64,000 nt of DNA from an uncultured Gemmatimonadales bacterium (GCA_963716255.1 OY970303.1:4608001-4672000), one strand, 5' to 3'. Positions 9,719-21,392 are shown, numbered from the stretch's first letter. Numbers and translations are program-made. The notes: generated from the sequence alone by a model not told the origin.

Positions 9719-12699
9719 CCATGATCCGCTGGCTGCTCGGCGCCTGCGTCGCCGGGGCCGCCGCGCCGGGGTGGGCGGCGGCGCAGGCGCCCGCGCCGCG
9801 GGCGGACACGCTCGCGCCCGCCCCTGCGGGCGCGGCGTCCGCCGACACCACGTCCGCGGGAGGTCCGGTGCGACCCGGCTCCCCGCGGGTCGTGCTTTCC
9901 GGCGAGGTCCTGCGGCGCAGCGGGGAAAGCCACCTGCTGGCCGCGCTAGCCGGCCGGGTGCCGGGGCTGGAGGCCGCCCGGACCACCGGCGAGGCGGGGT
10001 CCGCCGCCACCGCCCGCATCCGCGGGCCGAGGACGCTCACGGGCGGGGGGCCGCTCCTCGTGGTGGACGGCGTGCCGGTCGGCGGAGCGGCCTACTCCAC
10101 CTGGTCCGGCAACGGCACGGCGCTGGGGGGCACCGTGGGGACCGACCGCGCCGCCGACGTGGACCTGGACGACGTGGAGTCGGTGGAGATCCTGCGGGGC
10201 CCCGCGGCGGCGGCCTACGGCTCGCGCGGGGCCGGCGGAGTCGTCCTGGTCACCACCCGGCGTGGCGAGGCCGGCCCCACCGTCTACTCGCTGCGCTCGT
10301 CCGCCGGGGTGGAGCGGCCCACCCGGGTCGTCCCCCTGCAGCGCACATTCGGGGTGGGGACGCAGGGGGGCTCCACGGCGTGCAGCGCCCCCAACTGCGT
10401 GGTCCCGGGGAGCGGCTTCAGCTGGGGCCCCCGGCTCGCCGCGGGAGTCTCCACGTTCGACCACGCCGCCGAGCTGTTCGAGACGGGGACACTTCTCGAC
10501 AACTCGCTCGCCGTTTCCGGCGGGACCGAGCGGACCACCTTCTACGCCTCCGGCGGGGCGCTGGCGCGGGACGGCTACTTCACCGGCGGCGGCGACACCT
10601 ACGACCGCTACACGGTGCGCGTCGACGCGGTGCACCGGCTCCGCGGCGGCCTGGAGCTGCGCGCGAACGCGGCGCTGGTGCGCTCCGAGGGCCGGTACGC
10701 GCCGCGCGCCGCCAGCCCCGGCGACCTCCTCCAGGCCGCGCTGCGCACCCCGCCGGAGTTCGACAGCCGCGCGTACCTCACCGACCAGGGGCTGCACCGC
10801 AGCTTCCGCTTCCCCAACCCGCAGCCGGGGACGGAGCTCGCCTCGCGCGGGACCGACAACCCTTTCTACCTGCTGAGCGAAGGAGAGTACGCCCAGGACG
10901 TTTCGCGCGTCTTCGGGAGCCTGGGAGCGACCTGGCGGCCGCTCGCCCGCGTTCGGGTGGACTACGACCTGGGCGTGGACGATTCCGCGGACGACCGCCT
11001 GGAGTCGCGCCCGCTCCAGAGCTCCGGCGCCCCCGTGGGCGGTTCGGTGGGAAGCTGGCGTCTGGAGGAGACGGGGCTGGAGCACGCCCTGGGGATCACC
11101 GCGGAGTACGCGCTGGGCTCCGCCGTCTCGGGGACGCTCGCGGCGGGACACGAGCTCGCGCAGCGCGGGCTGCGGAACGTGCGCGAAGTCCGCTCCGGAC
11201 GCGGTGGGCCGCTCCTGGCCAGGGACGGGCAGCCGCGGGAGGCGGACCCGGTCCCGTTCGACGACCGGCTGGCGCGCACGCTGAACGGGTCCTGGGCGCG
11301 GGGGACGGCGGAGCTGGCCGGCCAGCTCTTCCTGCTCGGGGCGGTGCGCAGCGACGCGGTTGCCGTCTCGGGCGAGGGGAGCCACCGCGCGTGGTACCCG
11401 GCGGCGGGCGCCACCTGGAGCTACGCCCGCACCCTGCGCCTGCCCCCGGGGCTCGTGAGCAACGGGGAGCTGCGCGTCGCCTACGGGCGCAGCGGCCAGG
11501 AGGCGGGGCCGTACCTGCTCCAGGACCTCGTCCTCTTCGCCCCTCCCCCGGAGCGCACCTCCCCGGGCGTGGTCCTCTTTTCCCGCGCGGACTTCCGGGG
11601 CGACCCCGGCCCGCGGCCGGGATCCACCCGCGAGGCCGAAGCGGGGATCGACCTGGGCCTCTTCCGGGGACGGGCCGACCTGGGGGTGACGTACTTCCGG
11701 GCGGACTCGCGCGACGTGGTCGTCTTCCTCCCCCGCGCCTCCGCGTCCGGGACCCGGGCGCGGGCGGAGAACGTGGGCGGGATCCGCGACCAGGGGTGGG
11801 AGGTCGCCCTCGGCGCGCGGCCGTACACCGGCCGCCGGGCGGCGCTGGAGCTGGGCCTCAGCTGGGCCCGCGCCCGCAACCGGGTGACGCGCCTGGGGGG
11901 AGCGGACGTCCTCGCGTACCCCTTCGAGGCGGCGTCGCTGGCGGGGAGCCGCAGCGTCGCCGAGGTGGGCCTGCCGCTGGGCGTCGTCCGCGGGTTCGAC
12001 TTCGCCCGGTGCGGCCGGGGGCTGACCACGATCCGCACGGGGGGGATCACCTACGACGTCGCCGCGGTCTGCCAGGGCGCGCCGGACGGAGCGCTCTTTC
12101 TGGGAGCCGACGGCTTTCCCATCCGGGACCCCGACGAGCGCGTGATCGCCGACCCCACGCCGGACTGGACGGGCGGGCTCACGGCGGAGCTGCGGGTGCT
12201 GGGCGTTCGCCTCGGGGCGCGGGTGGAGACGCGCCAGGGCGGGGAAACGCTCAACCTCACCCGCGCCTTCATGTACCAGTACGGCACCCACCGGGACACC
12301 GAGGCGCGGGGGACGCAGGTCACCTTCGGGCTGGACCGGATGGAGGGCCCCGTGGTGGGGCCCGGGGTGGACCGGCTCGTGCGGCTGGACGAGGCGTGGT
12401 TCGGCAACCTGGGCGGGGCGCTGGGGCCGCGCGCCCAGTTCGTGGAGGACGCCTCCGTCACCCGCCTGCGGGAGCTTTCGCTCGCGTATACCTTCGACCG
12501 CCCGTGGCTGCGGCGCACGCTGGGCCTGCGCGCCGTCGACGCGCGGGTGGCGGGCCGCGACCTGTACGCGTGGACCCGCTACACCGGCTTCGACCCGGAG
12601 GCGAGCGTCGGCGGCGCCGTGCTGCCCAACCGCGGGATCGACTGGTTCGTCGATCCGCCCGCGCGCGCCTGGACCCTTTCGGTGTCGCTCACCCGCTAG
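9715..12699 (+). CDS. SusC/RagA-like TonB-dependent receptor (divergent paralog)
   Basis: [52 protein letters not shown]. Confidence 0.85.
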   Translation: MTMIRWLLGACVAGAAAPGWAAAQAPAPRADTLAPAPAGAASADTTSAGGPVRPGSPRVVLSGEVLRRSGESHLLAALAGRVPGLEAARTTGEAGSAATARIRGPRTLTGGGPLLVVDGVPVGGAAYSTWSGNGTALGGTVGTDRAADVDLDDVESVEILRGPAAAAYGSRGAGGVVLVTTRRGEAGPTVYSLRSSAGVERPTRVVPLQRTFGVGTQGGSTACSAPNCVVPGSGFSWGPRLAAGVSTFDHAAELFETGTLLDNSLAVSGGTERTTFYASGGALARDGYFTGGGDTYDRYTVRVDAVHRLRGGLELRANAALVRSEGRYAPRAASPGDLLQAALRTPPEFDSRAYLTDQGLHRSFRFPNPQPGTELASRGTDNPFYLLSEGEYAQDVSRVFGSLGATWRPLARVRVDYDLGVDDSADDRLESRPLQSSGAPVGGSVGSWRLEETGLEHALGITAEYALGSAVSGTLAAGHELAQRGLRNVREVRSGRGGPLLARDGQPREADPVPFDDRLARTLNGSWARGTAELAGQLFLLGAVRSDAVAVSGEGSHRAWYPAAGATWSYARTLRLPPGLVSNGELRVAYGRSGQEAGPYLLQDLVLFAPPPERTSPGVVLFSRADFRGDPGPRPGSTREAEAGIDLGLFRGRADLGVTYFRADSRDVVVFLPRASASGTRARAENVGGIRDQGWEVALGARPYTGRRAALELGLSWARARNRVTRLGGADVLAYPFEAASLAGSRSVAEVGLPLGVVRGFDFARCGRGLTTIRTGGITYDVAAVCQGAPDGALFLGADGFPIRDPDERVIADPTPDWTGGLTAELRVLGVRLGARVETRQGGETLNLTRAFMYQYGTHRDTEARGTQVTFGLDRMEGPVVGPGVDRLVRLDEAWFGNLGGALGPRAQFVEDASVTRLRELSLAYTFDRPWLRRTLGLRAVDARVAGRDLYAWTRYTGFDPEASVGGAVLPNRGIDWFVDPPARAWTLSVSLTR

Positions 12700-12796
12700 C
12701 GGCCGGGACGGCGCCGGCACGCAGGCGTTCCGGGGCTCCTTCCCCGCGCCGGGTCGGCCCGGCCGGGGGCCGCGGCCGGACGCCGGAGGCGCAGCC

Positions 12797-12825
12797 TTGA
12801 CACCGGTTTGCCCGACCCGCAAGAT
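12797..12825 (+). promoter_or_regulatory. Putative sigma70 promoter for susC-susD
   Basis: TTGACA-17nt-CAAGAT. Confidence 0.4.
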
Positions 12826-13170
12826 AGTACCCGTCTCTGGAAGCCTGCCCGATTCCCTCGAACTCCCTTCCTTCGATCGGGGCAGGTCGGAGACCACGTC
12901 CTTCCTGGTCAATTCCCTGGTTTGGTCGGTCCGGTTTCGCTGGTCGGCAAGACGGCGTCTGCTCACACAGGGGCGTGCGCGCCCTTCCCTCTCCCCCCCG
13001 CGTCCAAGGAGGAGCGCTCCGCTAGAAACTTTCGTCGTTGGGGCATTCCCGGTCGCCGCGAGGCGCCTGGACCCGCCCAGATGCGGGCGGTGACGCGCTT
13101 CCGCGTCCGCCGCGAGAACTCGTCCTCCATCCTGCCGCGGCGTGAGCCGCGGCAAACCAGGAGAACAGGA

Positions 13171-16100
13171 ATGAAAACAGTCCGTTGGCTACTGGCAGTC
13201 TGCCTCGCCATCGCGCTCTCCCCGCTGCCGTCGACGGCGCAGGAGCCCGCGACGGTCACGGGCAGGGTCACGCGGGAGAACGGGAACGCGGTCGCGTCCG
13301 TCAACGTCCGCATCCCCTCGCTCAACGTGGGCGCGGTGACCGGCGAGGACGGCACCTACCGTCTCGTGGTTCCGGCCTCGCGCGTGCGCTCGGGGCAGGT
13401 GCAGATCGTCGCTTCGCAGGTGGGGCTCGCGCAGCAGTCCCACTCCATCACGCTGAGCGCCGGCGCGGCCGTGACGCAGAACTTCCAGCTCGGGGCGGAT
13501 CCGCTCCAGCTCGAGGGGCTCGTCGTGACCGGGCTCGGGCAGACCACCACCCGTGAGCGCCTGGGCGTTTCCATCGCCTCGGTCCAGGGCGAGGACATCA
13601 CCCGCGTGCAGAGCGCGAACGTGGTGAACGCCCTCGCGGGCAAGGCCCCGGGCGTCGAGGTGCAGAGCGCCTCGGGCGAGCCCGGCGCGGCCGCGTACAT
13701 CCGTATCCGCGGCGTCAAGACCATCTCGGGCGACGGGCAGCCGCTCTTCGTGGTGGACGGCGTTCCCGTGAACAACCAGGAGAACGTCACCCCGTCCAGC
13801 GTCCGCACCGTCGGCGGCACCTCGGCGAACCCGGTGGGTCTCTCGGGGAGCTCCGCGACCAACCGCGCCGCGGACATCAACCCCAACGACATCGAGAGCG
13901 TCGAGATCCTCAAGGGGCCGGCCGCGTCGGCCATCTACGGGGCGCGCGCCGCGAACGGGGTGGTGCTCATCACCACCAAGCGCGGGACGCCCGGCCAGAC
14001 CCAGGTAACGCTGAACAGCACCTACACCGCCGACCAGGTCGTGGCGGACTACCCGCTGCAGAGGGCCTGGGCGTCCGGGCAGAACGGCGTGACGGCGATC
14101 GGCAACGCCGGTGCCCTGCGCAGCTGGGGCTCGGCCGCCACCGAGTCGTACAACCACTGGGACGAGCTCTTCGAGTCGGGCCGCATCCTGGAGAACAACC
14201 TCGCCGTTTCCGGCGGGTCCGAGCGGACCACGTACTACCTCTCGCTCGGCTGGCTGGACCACGACGGCGTGATCGTCGAGGACAACGACAACTACCGGCG
14301 CACCACGGCCCGCCTCAAGGGCTCGCACATGCTGCTGGACAACCTGACCCTGACGGGCAACTTCGCCTACACGCAGAGCTCGGGCGGGTTCACGCAGAAG
14401 GGCTCCAACGTGTCCGGGCTGCTGCTGGGCGGGCTGCGGACGCCCCCCAACTTCAACAACTGCGTCCCCGACACCTGCTACCTCAACCAGTTCGGGATCC
14501 AGCGCACCTTCACGGCGCCCAACGCCGCCACGACCGCTGCGGTGGGTAACTTCGACAACCCGTTCTGGGTGATCAACCGGAACCTGTCCACCACCGACGT
14601 GGGGCGCGCCTTCGGCAACGTGATGCTGGACTACACGCCCATCGAGTGGATGAAGCTGACCTACACCATCGGCAGCGACTACTCCAGCGACGAGCGCCTC
14701 GAGGCCCTTCCCACCGGGAACGCGACCTACAGGCCGGGCTACGTGGCGGAGTCCAACTTCACCTTCCAGCAGCTCGACCAGAGCGCGGTGGCCACGATCA
14801 CGCCGTCGCTCCCCGGCCGGGTCGGCGCGTCGCTGACCTTCGGCTACAACCGCAACTCGCGCGACTTCAGCCGCATCTTCGTCGAGGGGCAGGACATCAT
14901 CGCGCCCGGGGTGTACCAGCTGGACAACACCGTCACCCGCACCCCCGACAACTACCAGTACAAGATCCGCTCGGAGTCGTTCTTCGGGCAGGTGCAGACG
15001 GACATCCTGGACCAGCTCTACCTGACCGCCGCCCTGCGCAACGACGGCTTCTCCACCTTCGGCGAGGCGGACAAGCGCGCCTACTACCCGAAGCTGAGCG
15101 CCGCGTGGGAGTTCACCGAGGCGCTCGGGCTCTCCGACAACCCGTTCCTGTCCTTCGGCAAGCTGCGCACCGCCTGGGGCCAGGCCGGGAACGAGCCGCC
15201 GGTGTACGGGACGATCGGCGGGCTCACCGCCTCCTCCATCGCCGACGGCGGCTGGGGGACCTCGCTGAGCACCACCTACGCCAGCCGCGGCGGCCTGCGC
15301 CTCAGCGCGACCAAGGCCCAGCCTGACCTGAAGCCCGAGCGGACCTCCGAGTTCGAGCTGGGCGCGGACTTCGCGCTGCTGGGGAACCGCGCCAACCTGG
15401 GCGTGACCTACTACAACGCCCGTACCGAGGACGCCATCCTCTCCACCCAGCTGTCGCCCTCCACCGGCTACACCGCGCAGCTCCAGAACGCCGCCACCAT
15501 CCGCAACCGCGGGTACGAGGTGTCGCTGGACGTGCGCCCGCTGGAGCGCAGGAACTTCGGCTGGGAGCTTGGGCTGAACTGGTCCGCCAACGACAACCGC
15601 GTGCTCTCGCTGGGCGACTCGCTCCGCCAGTTCATCACCATGACCGGCGGCTTCGCCAACGCGACGACCGCCGCCGTGGTCGGTCAGCGCATCGGCGTGA
15701 TCCGCGGGCCCGACTTCGCCCGCTGCGGCCGCGGCCTCACCATCGACAACGTCGCCATCGACGCGGCCGCCGGGCACTGCCAGGGAGCCCCCGAGGGCGC
15801 GCTGTACATCGGCGCCGACGGCTTCCCGCGCCTGGACGCCACCGAGCGCGTGATCGCGGACCCGCACCCGGACTGGATCGGCGGCATCCGCAACACCTTC
15901 ACGCTCTTCGGCAACCTCCAGGTCTCCGGCCTGGTGGACATCCGCAGCGGCGGCACCATGTGGAACGGCACCAAGGCCGCGCTCTACAACTACGGCACGC
16001 ACAAGGACACGGAGGAGCGCGCGACGTGCCAGCTCGCGGGCAACGCGCTCAGCTGCACCGGCAACGAGAAGGCGTTCGGCAACACCATCTACCCGAACGA

Positions 16101-16452
16101 GACGGTCGCGGGCCCGGGCGCCGGCAAGGCCGTGCCGATCGGCGAGAACTGGCACCGCGTCGGGCTGGGGAGCAGCTTCTCCGGCATCAACTCGCCGTAC
16201 ATGGAGGACGCCGGCTTCGTCAAGCTGCGCGAGATCGCGGTGAGCTACCGGGTCCCGCAGCGGTTTACCCGCCGCTTCGCGATGTCGGGCGTCGACCTGC
16301 GCCTCGCCGGCCGCAACCTGGCCACCTGGACGGACTACACCGGGATCGACCCGGAGACCAACGTGGCCGGGAACACCAACGCGCGCGGGATCGACTACTT
16401 CAACAACCCCCAGACGCGGCAGTTCATCTTCAGCGTCGGACTGACCCGCTAA
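13171..16452 (+). CDS. susC: SusC/RagA family TonB-linked outer membrane protein
   Basis: CAGGA RBS; signal peptide; N-terminal carboxypeptidase-reg-like domain; DINPNDIESVEILKGPAASAIYGARAANGVVLITTKRG; WTDYTGIDPE. Confidence 0.93.
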   Translation: MKTVRWLLAVCLAIALSPLPSTAQEPATVTGRVTRENGNAVASVNVRIPSLNVGAVTGEDGTYRLVVPASRVRSGQVQIVASQVGLAQQSHSITLSAGAAVTQNFQLGADPLQLEGLVVTGLGQTTTRERLGVSIASVQGEDITRVQSANVVNALAGKAPGVEVQSASGEPGAAAYIRIRGVKTISGDGQPLFVVDGVPVNNQENVTPSSVRTVGGTSANPVGLSGSSATNRAADINPNDIESVEILKGPAASAIYGARAANGVVLITTKRGTPGQTQVTLNSTYTADQVVADYPLQRAWASGQNGVTAIGNAGALRSWGSAATESYNHWDELFESGRILENNLAVSGGSERTTYYLSLGWLDHDGVIVEDNDNYRRTTARLKGSHMLLDNLTLTGNFAYTQSSGGFTQKGSNVSGLLLGGLRTPPNFNNCVPDTCYLNQFGIQRTFTAPNAATTAAVGNFDNPFWVINRNLSTTDVGRAFGNVMLDYTPIEWMKLTYTIGSDYSSDERLEALPTGNATYRPGYVAESNFTFQQLDQSAVATITPSLPGRVGASLTFGYNRNSRDFSRIFVEGQDIIAPGVYQLDNTVTRTPDNYQYKIRSESFFGQVQTDILDQLYLTAALRNDGFSTFGEADKRAYYPKLSAAWEFTEALGLSDNPFLSFGKLRTAWGQAGNEPPVYGTIGGLTASSIADGGWGTSLSTTYASRGGLRLSATKAQPDLKPERTSEFELGADFALLGNRANLGVTYYNARTEDAILSTQLSPSTGYTAQLQNAATIRNRGYEVSLDVRPLERRNFGWELGLNWSANDNRVLSLGDSLRQFITMTGGFANATTAAVVGQRIGVIRGPDFARCGRGLTIDNVAIDAAAGHCQGAPEGALYIGADGFPRLDATERVIADPHPDWIGGIRNTFTLFGNLQVSGLVDIRSGGTMWNGTKAALYNYGTHKDTEERATCQLAGNALSCTGNEKAFGNTIYPNETVAGPGAGKAVPIGENWHRVGLGSSFSGINSPYMEDAGFVKLREIAVSYRVPQRFTRRFAMSGVDLRLAGRNLATWTDYTGIDPETNVAGNTNARGIDYFNNPQTRQFIFSVGLTR

Positions 16453-16468
16453 CTGGAGCCGCAACGAC

Positions 16469-17863
16469 ATGCGCACATCAATCAGAGCCGTGGCCGGGGT
16501 GCTCGCCGTAGTGGGCACCCTCACCGCCTGCGACGACTACCTCACGGGTCCGGGGATCACCGACGACCCGAACCAGCCGACGCAGGCGAGCCTGGACCAG
16601 CTGTTCTACGGCAGCCAGCAGCAGCAGTACCTCTGGCACACGGGCGACCTGGCGCGCCACGCCGCCATGTGGACGCAGCAGATGGGTGGCATCGGCAACC
16701 AGACCACCTCGCTGTACCAGTACGTCGTCAACGAGCAGAACCTGAACGGCGCGTTCAGCCAGGTCTACTCGAACGGCGGGCTCATCGGGCTGCGCACGCT
16801 GCAGGCCCGCGCGGACTCGGCCAGTGACAAGACGTACTCCGGGATCGCCAAGGTGTACGAGGGCTTCCTCATGGGGATGGCGTCCTCCATGTGGGGCGCC
16901 CTCCCGTACAGCGAGGCCGTCAGCGACGCCACGCGTCCCAAGCTGGACCCGCAGGAGGAGGTGTACCGCGACGTGCAGGCGAAGCTGGACGCCGGGATCG
17001 CCGACCTGTCCGCGGGGACGGGGACCGGACCGGGCGTGTTCGACCTGTCGTTCGGGGGGAACCGTCAGCGGTGGATCGAGACCGCCTGGACGCTCAAGGC
17101 CCGCTTCTACATGCACTGGGTGGAAGCGCAGGGCGTGGCCGCCACGCAGGCGGCCGCGACCGTGGCCTGCGGCGGGAACTGCGTCAGCAAGGCGCGGGAC
17201 GCGGCGCTCAAGGGAATCACGGCCTCGGCCAACGACTTCAAGGCCGTGTTCTCGACCACGCCGAACGAGCAGAACCTCTGGTACCAGTTCATCTACGTGA
17301 ACCGCACCGGGCAGCTCGCGGCCGGCAAGACGCTGGTCGACCTGATGAACAGCCGCAACGATCCCCGGCGCGCCGCGTACTTCTCCCAGGTGGGCGGCCA
17401 GTACGTCGGCGCCACCGACCTGGGGCCGGCCAACGCGTCGCTGCTCTCCGCCGACCGGGCCAACTCGGGGTTCGACCAGCCCATGGTCACTTACGCCGAG
17501 ACCCAGCTGATCCTGGCGGAGACCAACTACCGGTTGGGCACCGAGGCTCCGGCGCTCGCGAACCTCAACGCCGCCCGTACCTCGGCGGGGCTGACGGCGC
17601 TCGGGACGGTCTCCGGGACCGGGCTGTTCACCGAGATCATGCTGGAGAAGTACATCGCGCTCTTCCAGAACCCCGAGGTCTGGAACGACTACAAGCGCAC
17701 CTGCATCCCCAACCTGGTGCCGGTGCGGGGGACCGAGGTGTACGCCCGCCTCCTGTACGGGAACACGGAGCGGAACAACAACCCCAACATCCCCGCCCCG
17801 GCAGGCCAGCCGGTGGCGAACCGCAACGATCCCAAGGCGTGCACCGGCCCGCGCGCCGCGTAG
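16469..17863 (+). CDS. susD: SusD/RagB family outer membrane lipoprotein
   Basis: Lipobox LTAC; DDPN; WGALPYSEA; YAETQLILAE; EKYIALF..EVWNDYKRT; directly after susC. Confidence 0.9.
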   Translation: MRTSIRAVAGVLAVVGTLTACDDYLTGPGITDDPNQPTQASLDQLFYGSQQQQYLWHTGDLARHAAMWTQQMGGIGNQTTSLYQYVVNEQNLNGAFSQVYSNGGLIGLRTLQARADSASDKTYSGIAKVYEGFLMGMASSMWGALPYSEAVSDATRPKLDPQEEVYRDVQAKLDAGIADLSAGTGTGPGVFDLSFGGNRQRWIETAWTLKARFYMHWVEAQGVAATQAAATVACGGNCVSKARDAALKGITASANDFKAVFSTTPNEQNLWYQFIYVNRTGQLAAGKTLVDLMNSRNDPRRAAYFSQVGGQYVGATDLGPANASLLSADRANSGFDQPMVTYAETQLILAETNYRLGTEAPALANLNAARTSAGLTALGTVSGTGLFTEIMLEKYIALFQNPEVWNDYKRTCIPNLVPVRGTEVYARLLYGNTERNNNPNIPAPAGQPVANRNDPKACTGPRAA

Positions 17864-17886
17864 CGCTCCACGCCGGGTAGCACCCC

Positions 17887-17925
17887 GGAAAGGGTACCCG
17901 CCCCGGTGGGGCGGGTACCCTTTCC
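17887..17925 (+). terminator. Stem-loop after susD
   Basis: GGAAAGGGTACCCGCCCC-ggt-GGGGCGGGTACCCTTTCC inverted repeat. Confidence 0.7.
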
Positions 17926-17977
17926 ACGTGATCCACGCCCGTGGACGACGGGTCCCGGGCCGTTCCACGATGCACGC

Positions 17978-18427
17978 ATGGCAACGAAGCGACCGGTCGC
18001 GGCCGCACTGCTCCTCTGTCTCCTGCTGAACGGCTGCTTCAGCTACGCCCCCGCGCAGAGCACGCCGGGCCGGGCGGCGCGCGTGCGCGTCGCGCTCGTG
18101 GCGCCGGCCGACTTCCGCCTGCTGGAGTACACGGCGAACGAGGTGGTCGTGGCCGACGGCGAAATGGTGAGCGCCGACGACCGCGAGGTCGTCCTGTCGG
18201 CCACGCGGCTCCAGGCCCGCTCGGGCTACGAGTTCGTGGGGCACGGGGAAACGATCACCATCCCGCGCAGCAACGTCGCCTCCCTGCAGCGCAAGCGGAT
18301 CGCGCCCCTGCAGTCCGCCCTCCTGGTGGGCGCGGTGGCGGCGCTCGCCGTGCTCTCCGCCCAGCTCTTCGAGGCGGCGAGGGGAGGAGACGGCGGCGGG
18401 GAGAAGCCGCCCTCGCCACCCAACTGA
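17978..18427 (+). CDS. Hypothetical lipoprotein
   Basis: Lipobox-like LNGC-FSY; hydrophobic segment near C-terminus. Confidence 0.65.
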   Translation: MATKRPVAAALLLCLLLNGCFSYAPAQSTPGRAARVRVALVAPADFRLLEYTANEVVVADGEMVSADDREVVLSATRLQARSGYEFVGHGETITIPRSNVASLQRKRIAPLQSALLVGAVAALAVLSAQLFEAARGGDGGGEKPPSPPN

Positions 18428-18564
18428 CCCGGACCCGGCGGCGGTCCCGCCGGGAGTCGGCGACGCCGGCCCGTCCGCGCACCTCGCGCGGGCGGGCCGG
18501 CGTCGTCGGGGGCCGCCCGGACGGGTGGCCGATCGTGGTCCGACTCTTGCGCCCGGCCGCCGCC

Positions 18565-20574
18565 ATGGCAGACGGAAACAAGACCCTCAAGGACCGCCGC
18601 AAGAACCCCGAGCGGCGAGTCAACCGCGGCCCCGGAGGGCCGCTCGACGACCGCAAGACCCGCTTCTCGGTGGGCTACCTGGTCGTCGCCTTCCTGGCGA
18701 TCTTCGCGATCCACTACCTGCTTGCGGGGCAGGGCGCCAAACAGATCGGGTACAGCGAGTTCAAGGACAGGGTCCGCGCCGGCCAGGTCAAGGAGGTCCG
18801 CCTGGGCGGGTCGGTGATCCAGGCCGTCCCCACCGACACGGTGAAGGCCGCCGAAAAGGTGCAGACCTGGTCGGTGACGCGCACCGGGGTGGAGAACGAC
18901 GAGGCGCTGTACCCCCTGCTGGACGCCCACGGGGTGGACTACGCGGGGCTCCCCGTCAGCTGGCTCAGCGGGCTCCTGGGGTGGGTGCTCCCCTTCGCGC
19001 TGATCGCCCTGTTCTGGTTCTGGATCATCCGCCGCATGAGCCCCACGCAGGGGGTGCTGACGGTGGGGAAGAGCCGCGCCCGCATCGTGGGCGAGGAGGG
19101 GACGGGCGTGTCGTTCGACGACGTGGCGGGGGTGGACGAGGCCAAGCAGGAGCTGGTGGAGGTGGTGGAGTTCCTGCGCACCCCCGACAAGTTCGCCAAC
19201 CTGGGCGCCAAGATCCCCAAGGGCGTGCTCCTGGTGGGCCCCCCGGGTACCGGCAAGACGCTGCTGGCGCGCGCCGTGGCGGGCGAGGCCGGCGTCACCT
19301 TCTTTTCCATCTCCGGGGCCGAGTTCGTGGAGATGTTCGTGGGGGTGGGCGCCGCCCGGGTGCGCGACCTGTTCGCGCAGGCCAAGGCGCAGGCGCCCTG
19401 CATCATCTTCATCGACGAGCTGGACGCGCTGGGGAAGGCGCGCTCGCAGGGCGGGATCATGGGGGGCAACGACGAGCGCGAGCAGACGCTGAACCAGCTC
19501 CTGGTGGAGATGGACGGCTTCGACCCGCGCATGGGCGTCATCATCATGGGCGCCACCAACCGTCCCGAGATCCTGGACCCGGCGCTGCTGCGCCCCGGCC
19601 GCTTCGACCGGCAGGTGCTGGTGGACCGCCCCGACCTGAACGGCCGCTTCGCCATCCTCAAGATCCACGCGCAGGGGATCAAGCTGGGCGAGGACGTGAA
19701 CCTGGAGCGCATCGCCCGCCGCACGCCGGGGTTCGTGGGGGCCGACCTCCAGAACCTGCTCAACGAGTCCGCGCTGCTGGCCGCCCGCCGCGACAAGCCG
19801 GCGGTGACCATGCGCGAGGTGGACGACGCGGTGGACCGCATCGTCGCCGGGCTGGAAAAGAAGAACCGGCTGATCAACGACAAGGAGCGCACCATCGTCG
19901 CCTACCACGAGGCGGGGCACGCCATCGTGGCGGAGCGGGTGCCCACCGCCGACCCGGTGCACAAGATCTCCATCATCCCGCGCGGGGTGGCGGCGCTGGG
20001 CTACACCCAGCAGCTGCCCACCGAGGACCGCTACCTGCTCACCAAGCAGGAGCTGATGGACCGCATCGCCGTGCTGCTGGGCGGGCGGGTGGCGGAGGAG
20101 ATCGTCTTCAACGAGATCTCCACCGGCGCCGGCAACGACCTGGAGCGCGTCACCGACCTGGCGCGCCGCATGGTCACCGAGTACGGGATGTCGCGCGAGC
20201 TGGGGCCCATCAACTTCGCCGGCCCGCGGCGGGCGCGGTTCCTCCAGGGCACGGAGGAGGGCGGCGGCAACTACTCCGAGGAGACGGCGCGGGTGATCGA
20301 CCGCGAGATCCACGGGATCGTGGAGGGGACCTACGAGCGGGTACGCGAGATCCTCACCGCGGACCGGGAGATCCTGGAGGTGCTGTCGCGGCGGCTGCTG
20401 GAGGTGGAGGTGGTGGACGAGGGCGACCTGCGGCGCATCATGGGGCTGCCGCCGCGCACGCACGAGCCGCTGGAGGAGCGGGTGGTGGAGCCGCCCCCGC
20501 CGGGCTCGGGCGGAAACGACGTGACCGCGGTCTACCCGGCCGCGGACGAAGGTCGGGTTCCTCCGGAGGCGTGA
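18565..20574 (+). CDS. ftsH: ATP-dependent zinc metalloprotease FtsH
   Basis: Two TM helices, [37 protein letters not shown]. Confidence 0.96.
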   Translation: MADGNKTLKDRRKNPERRVNRGPGGPLDDRKTRFSVGYLVVAFLAIFAIHYLLAGQGAKQIGYSEFKDRVRAGQVKEVRLGGSVIQAVPTDTVKAAEKVQTWSVTRTGVENDEALYPLLDAHGVDYAGLPVSWLSGLLGWVLPFALIALFWFWIIRRMSPTQGVLTVGKSRARIVGEEGTGVSFDDVAGVDEAKQELVEVVEFLRTPDKFANLGAKIPKGVLLVGPPGTGKTLLARAVAGEAGVTFFSISGAEFVEMFVGVGAARVRDLFAQAKAQAPCIIFIDELDALGKARSQGGIMGGNDEREQTLNQLLVEMDGFDPRMGVIIMGATNRPEILDPALLRPGRFDRQVLVDRPDLNGRFAILKIHAQGIKLGEDVNLERIARRTPGFVGADLQNLLNESALLAARRDKPAVTMREVDDAVDRIVAGLEKKNRLINDKERTIVAYHEAGHAIVAERVPTADPVHKISIIPRGVAALGYTQQLPTEDRYLLTKQELMDRIAVLLGGRVAEEIVFNEISTGAGNDLERVTDLARRMVTEYGMSRELGPINFAGPRRARFLQGTEEGGGNYSEETARVIDREIHGIVEGTYERVREILTADREILEVLSRRLLEVEVVDEGDLRRIMGLPPRTHEPLEERVVEPPPPGSGGNDVTAVYPAADEGRVPPEA

Positions 20575-20601
20575 AGGTCTACTCGAGAACGAGGGGCGAA
20601 C

Positions 20602-20760
20602 GTGGAGCGAGAGGAGAGCGAGCGGGGGAAGAGCCCGGTGCCGGCCGACGAGCAGGACGCGCCGGAGCCGGAGCGCCCGGTGCCGGCCGACGAGAAGCGG
20701 CGTACGGACGGGCAGGAGGACAAGCCGTCGCAGGCGGAGGGCGAGCGGGATTCCGCGTGA
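20602..20760 (+). CDS. Small acidic hypothetical protein (52 aa)
   Basis: GAGGGG RBS then GTG; MEREESERGKSPVPADEQDAPEPERPVPADEKRRTDGQEDKPSQAEGERDSA; not in the ORF track. Confidence 0.45.
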   Translation: MEREESERGKSPVPADEQDAPEPERPVPADEKRRTDGQEDKPSQAEGERDSA

Positions 20761-20846
20761 GGTCGTGATGGCGGTGTGATAGGCGAAGTCCCTTCTCCGG
20801 GCGGGTCCGGAGGAGGGACTTCGCGTCTCCGGACGGTCGTGGGCGT

Positions 20847-21000
20847 GGGCCGCTCCGGAGCCCGGCGATACTGCTGCCGGTCTCCTGCGCGGGCTCCGGG
20901 AGCCTCGCCAAACAGCCGGCGAGTCTCCCTGCGCCGGAGTGAGCCAGCCGAAACTGCCCGGCTGTCTCCCTCCGAACCGACTTTGGGGGGTACCGCGGAA
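20847..21000 (+). repeat. Family A repeat copy 2
   Basis: GGGCCGCTCCGGAGC...GGGGTACCGCGGAA. Confidence 0.85.
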
Positions 21001-21118
21001 CGGCGAACGGCAGGCTGTCGTCCAGTGTGCTTGCTTGGGGCATGTTTCCGGACTACAAATTACCGGTGCGTCCGCCCTTTCCCGGCCGGGCGTCGTCCCA
21101 CCACACGAGGAGAGAACC

Positions 21119-21355
21119 ATGAGCCATCGAAAGCGGCTGTACCTCCGGAGCGTGTTCGGCGTGGCCGTGGCGGGCGTGCTCGGCTTCGGCGCCACGCAGG
21201 CGTTCGCCGATACGGCCGCGAAGATCCCTTTCCAGGCATGCCGCATCGACTACGACTGCTTCCACTCCAGCCAGTGCGGGTCCAACGGCGGGATCTGCAA
21301 CCAGGTGGACGGCTACTGCGACTGCTTCCCCGAGAACGGGCCCCTCGTCCCCTGA
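21119..21355 (+). CDS. Secreted 6-Cys defensin-like peptide 1
   Basis: GAGGAG RBS; leader ending LGFGATQAFA; C-x5-C-x5-C-x6-C-x6-C-x-C. Confidence 0.75.
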   Translation: MSHRKRLYLRSVFGVAVAGVLGFGATQAFADTAAKIPFQACRIDYDCFHSSQCGSNGGICNQVDGYCDCFPENGPLVP

Positions 21356-21392
21356 GGCCGGGCGGGTCCGGCCGGGAGGGCCTGCGGCGCGA

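Noticed and set aside
8118..12800. 1560-aa ORF appearing to fuse TrpE to a long tail
   Set aside because: Product of the trpE frameshift running off-frame through the SusC gene; tail is Arg/Gly/Pro shadow sequence
12826..13170. Long susC leader as a structured ncRNA
   Set aside because: No recognizable RNA family or second copy to support it
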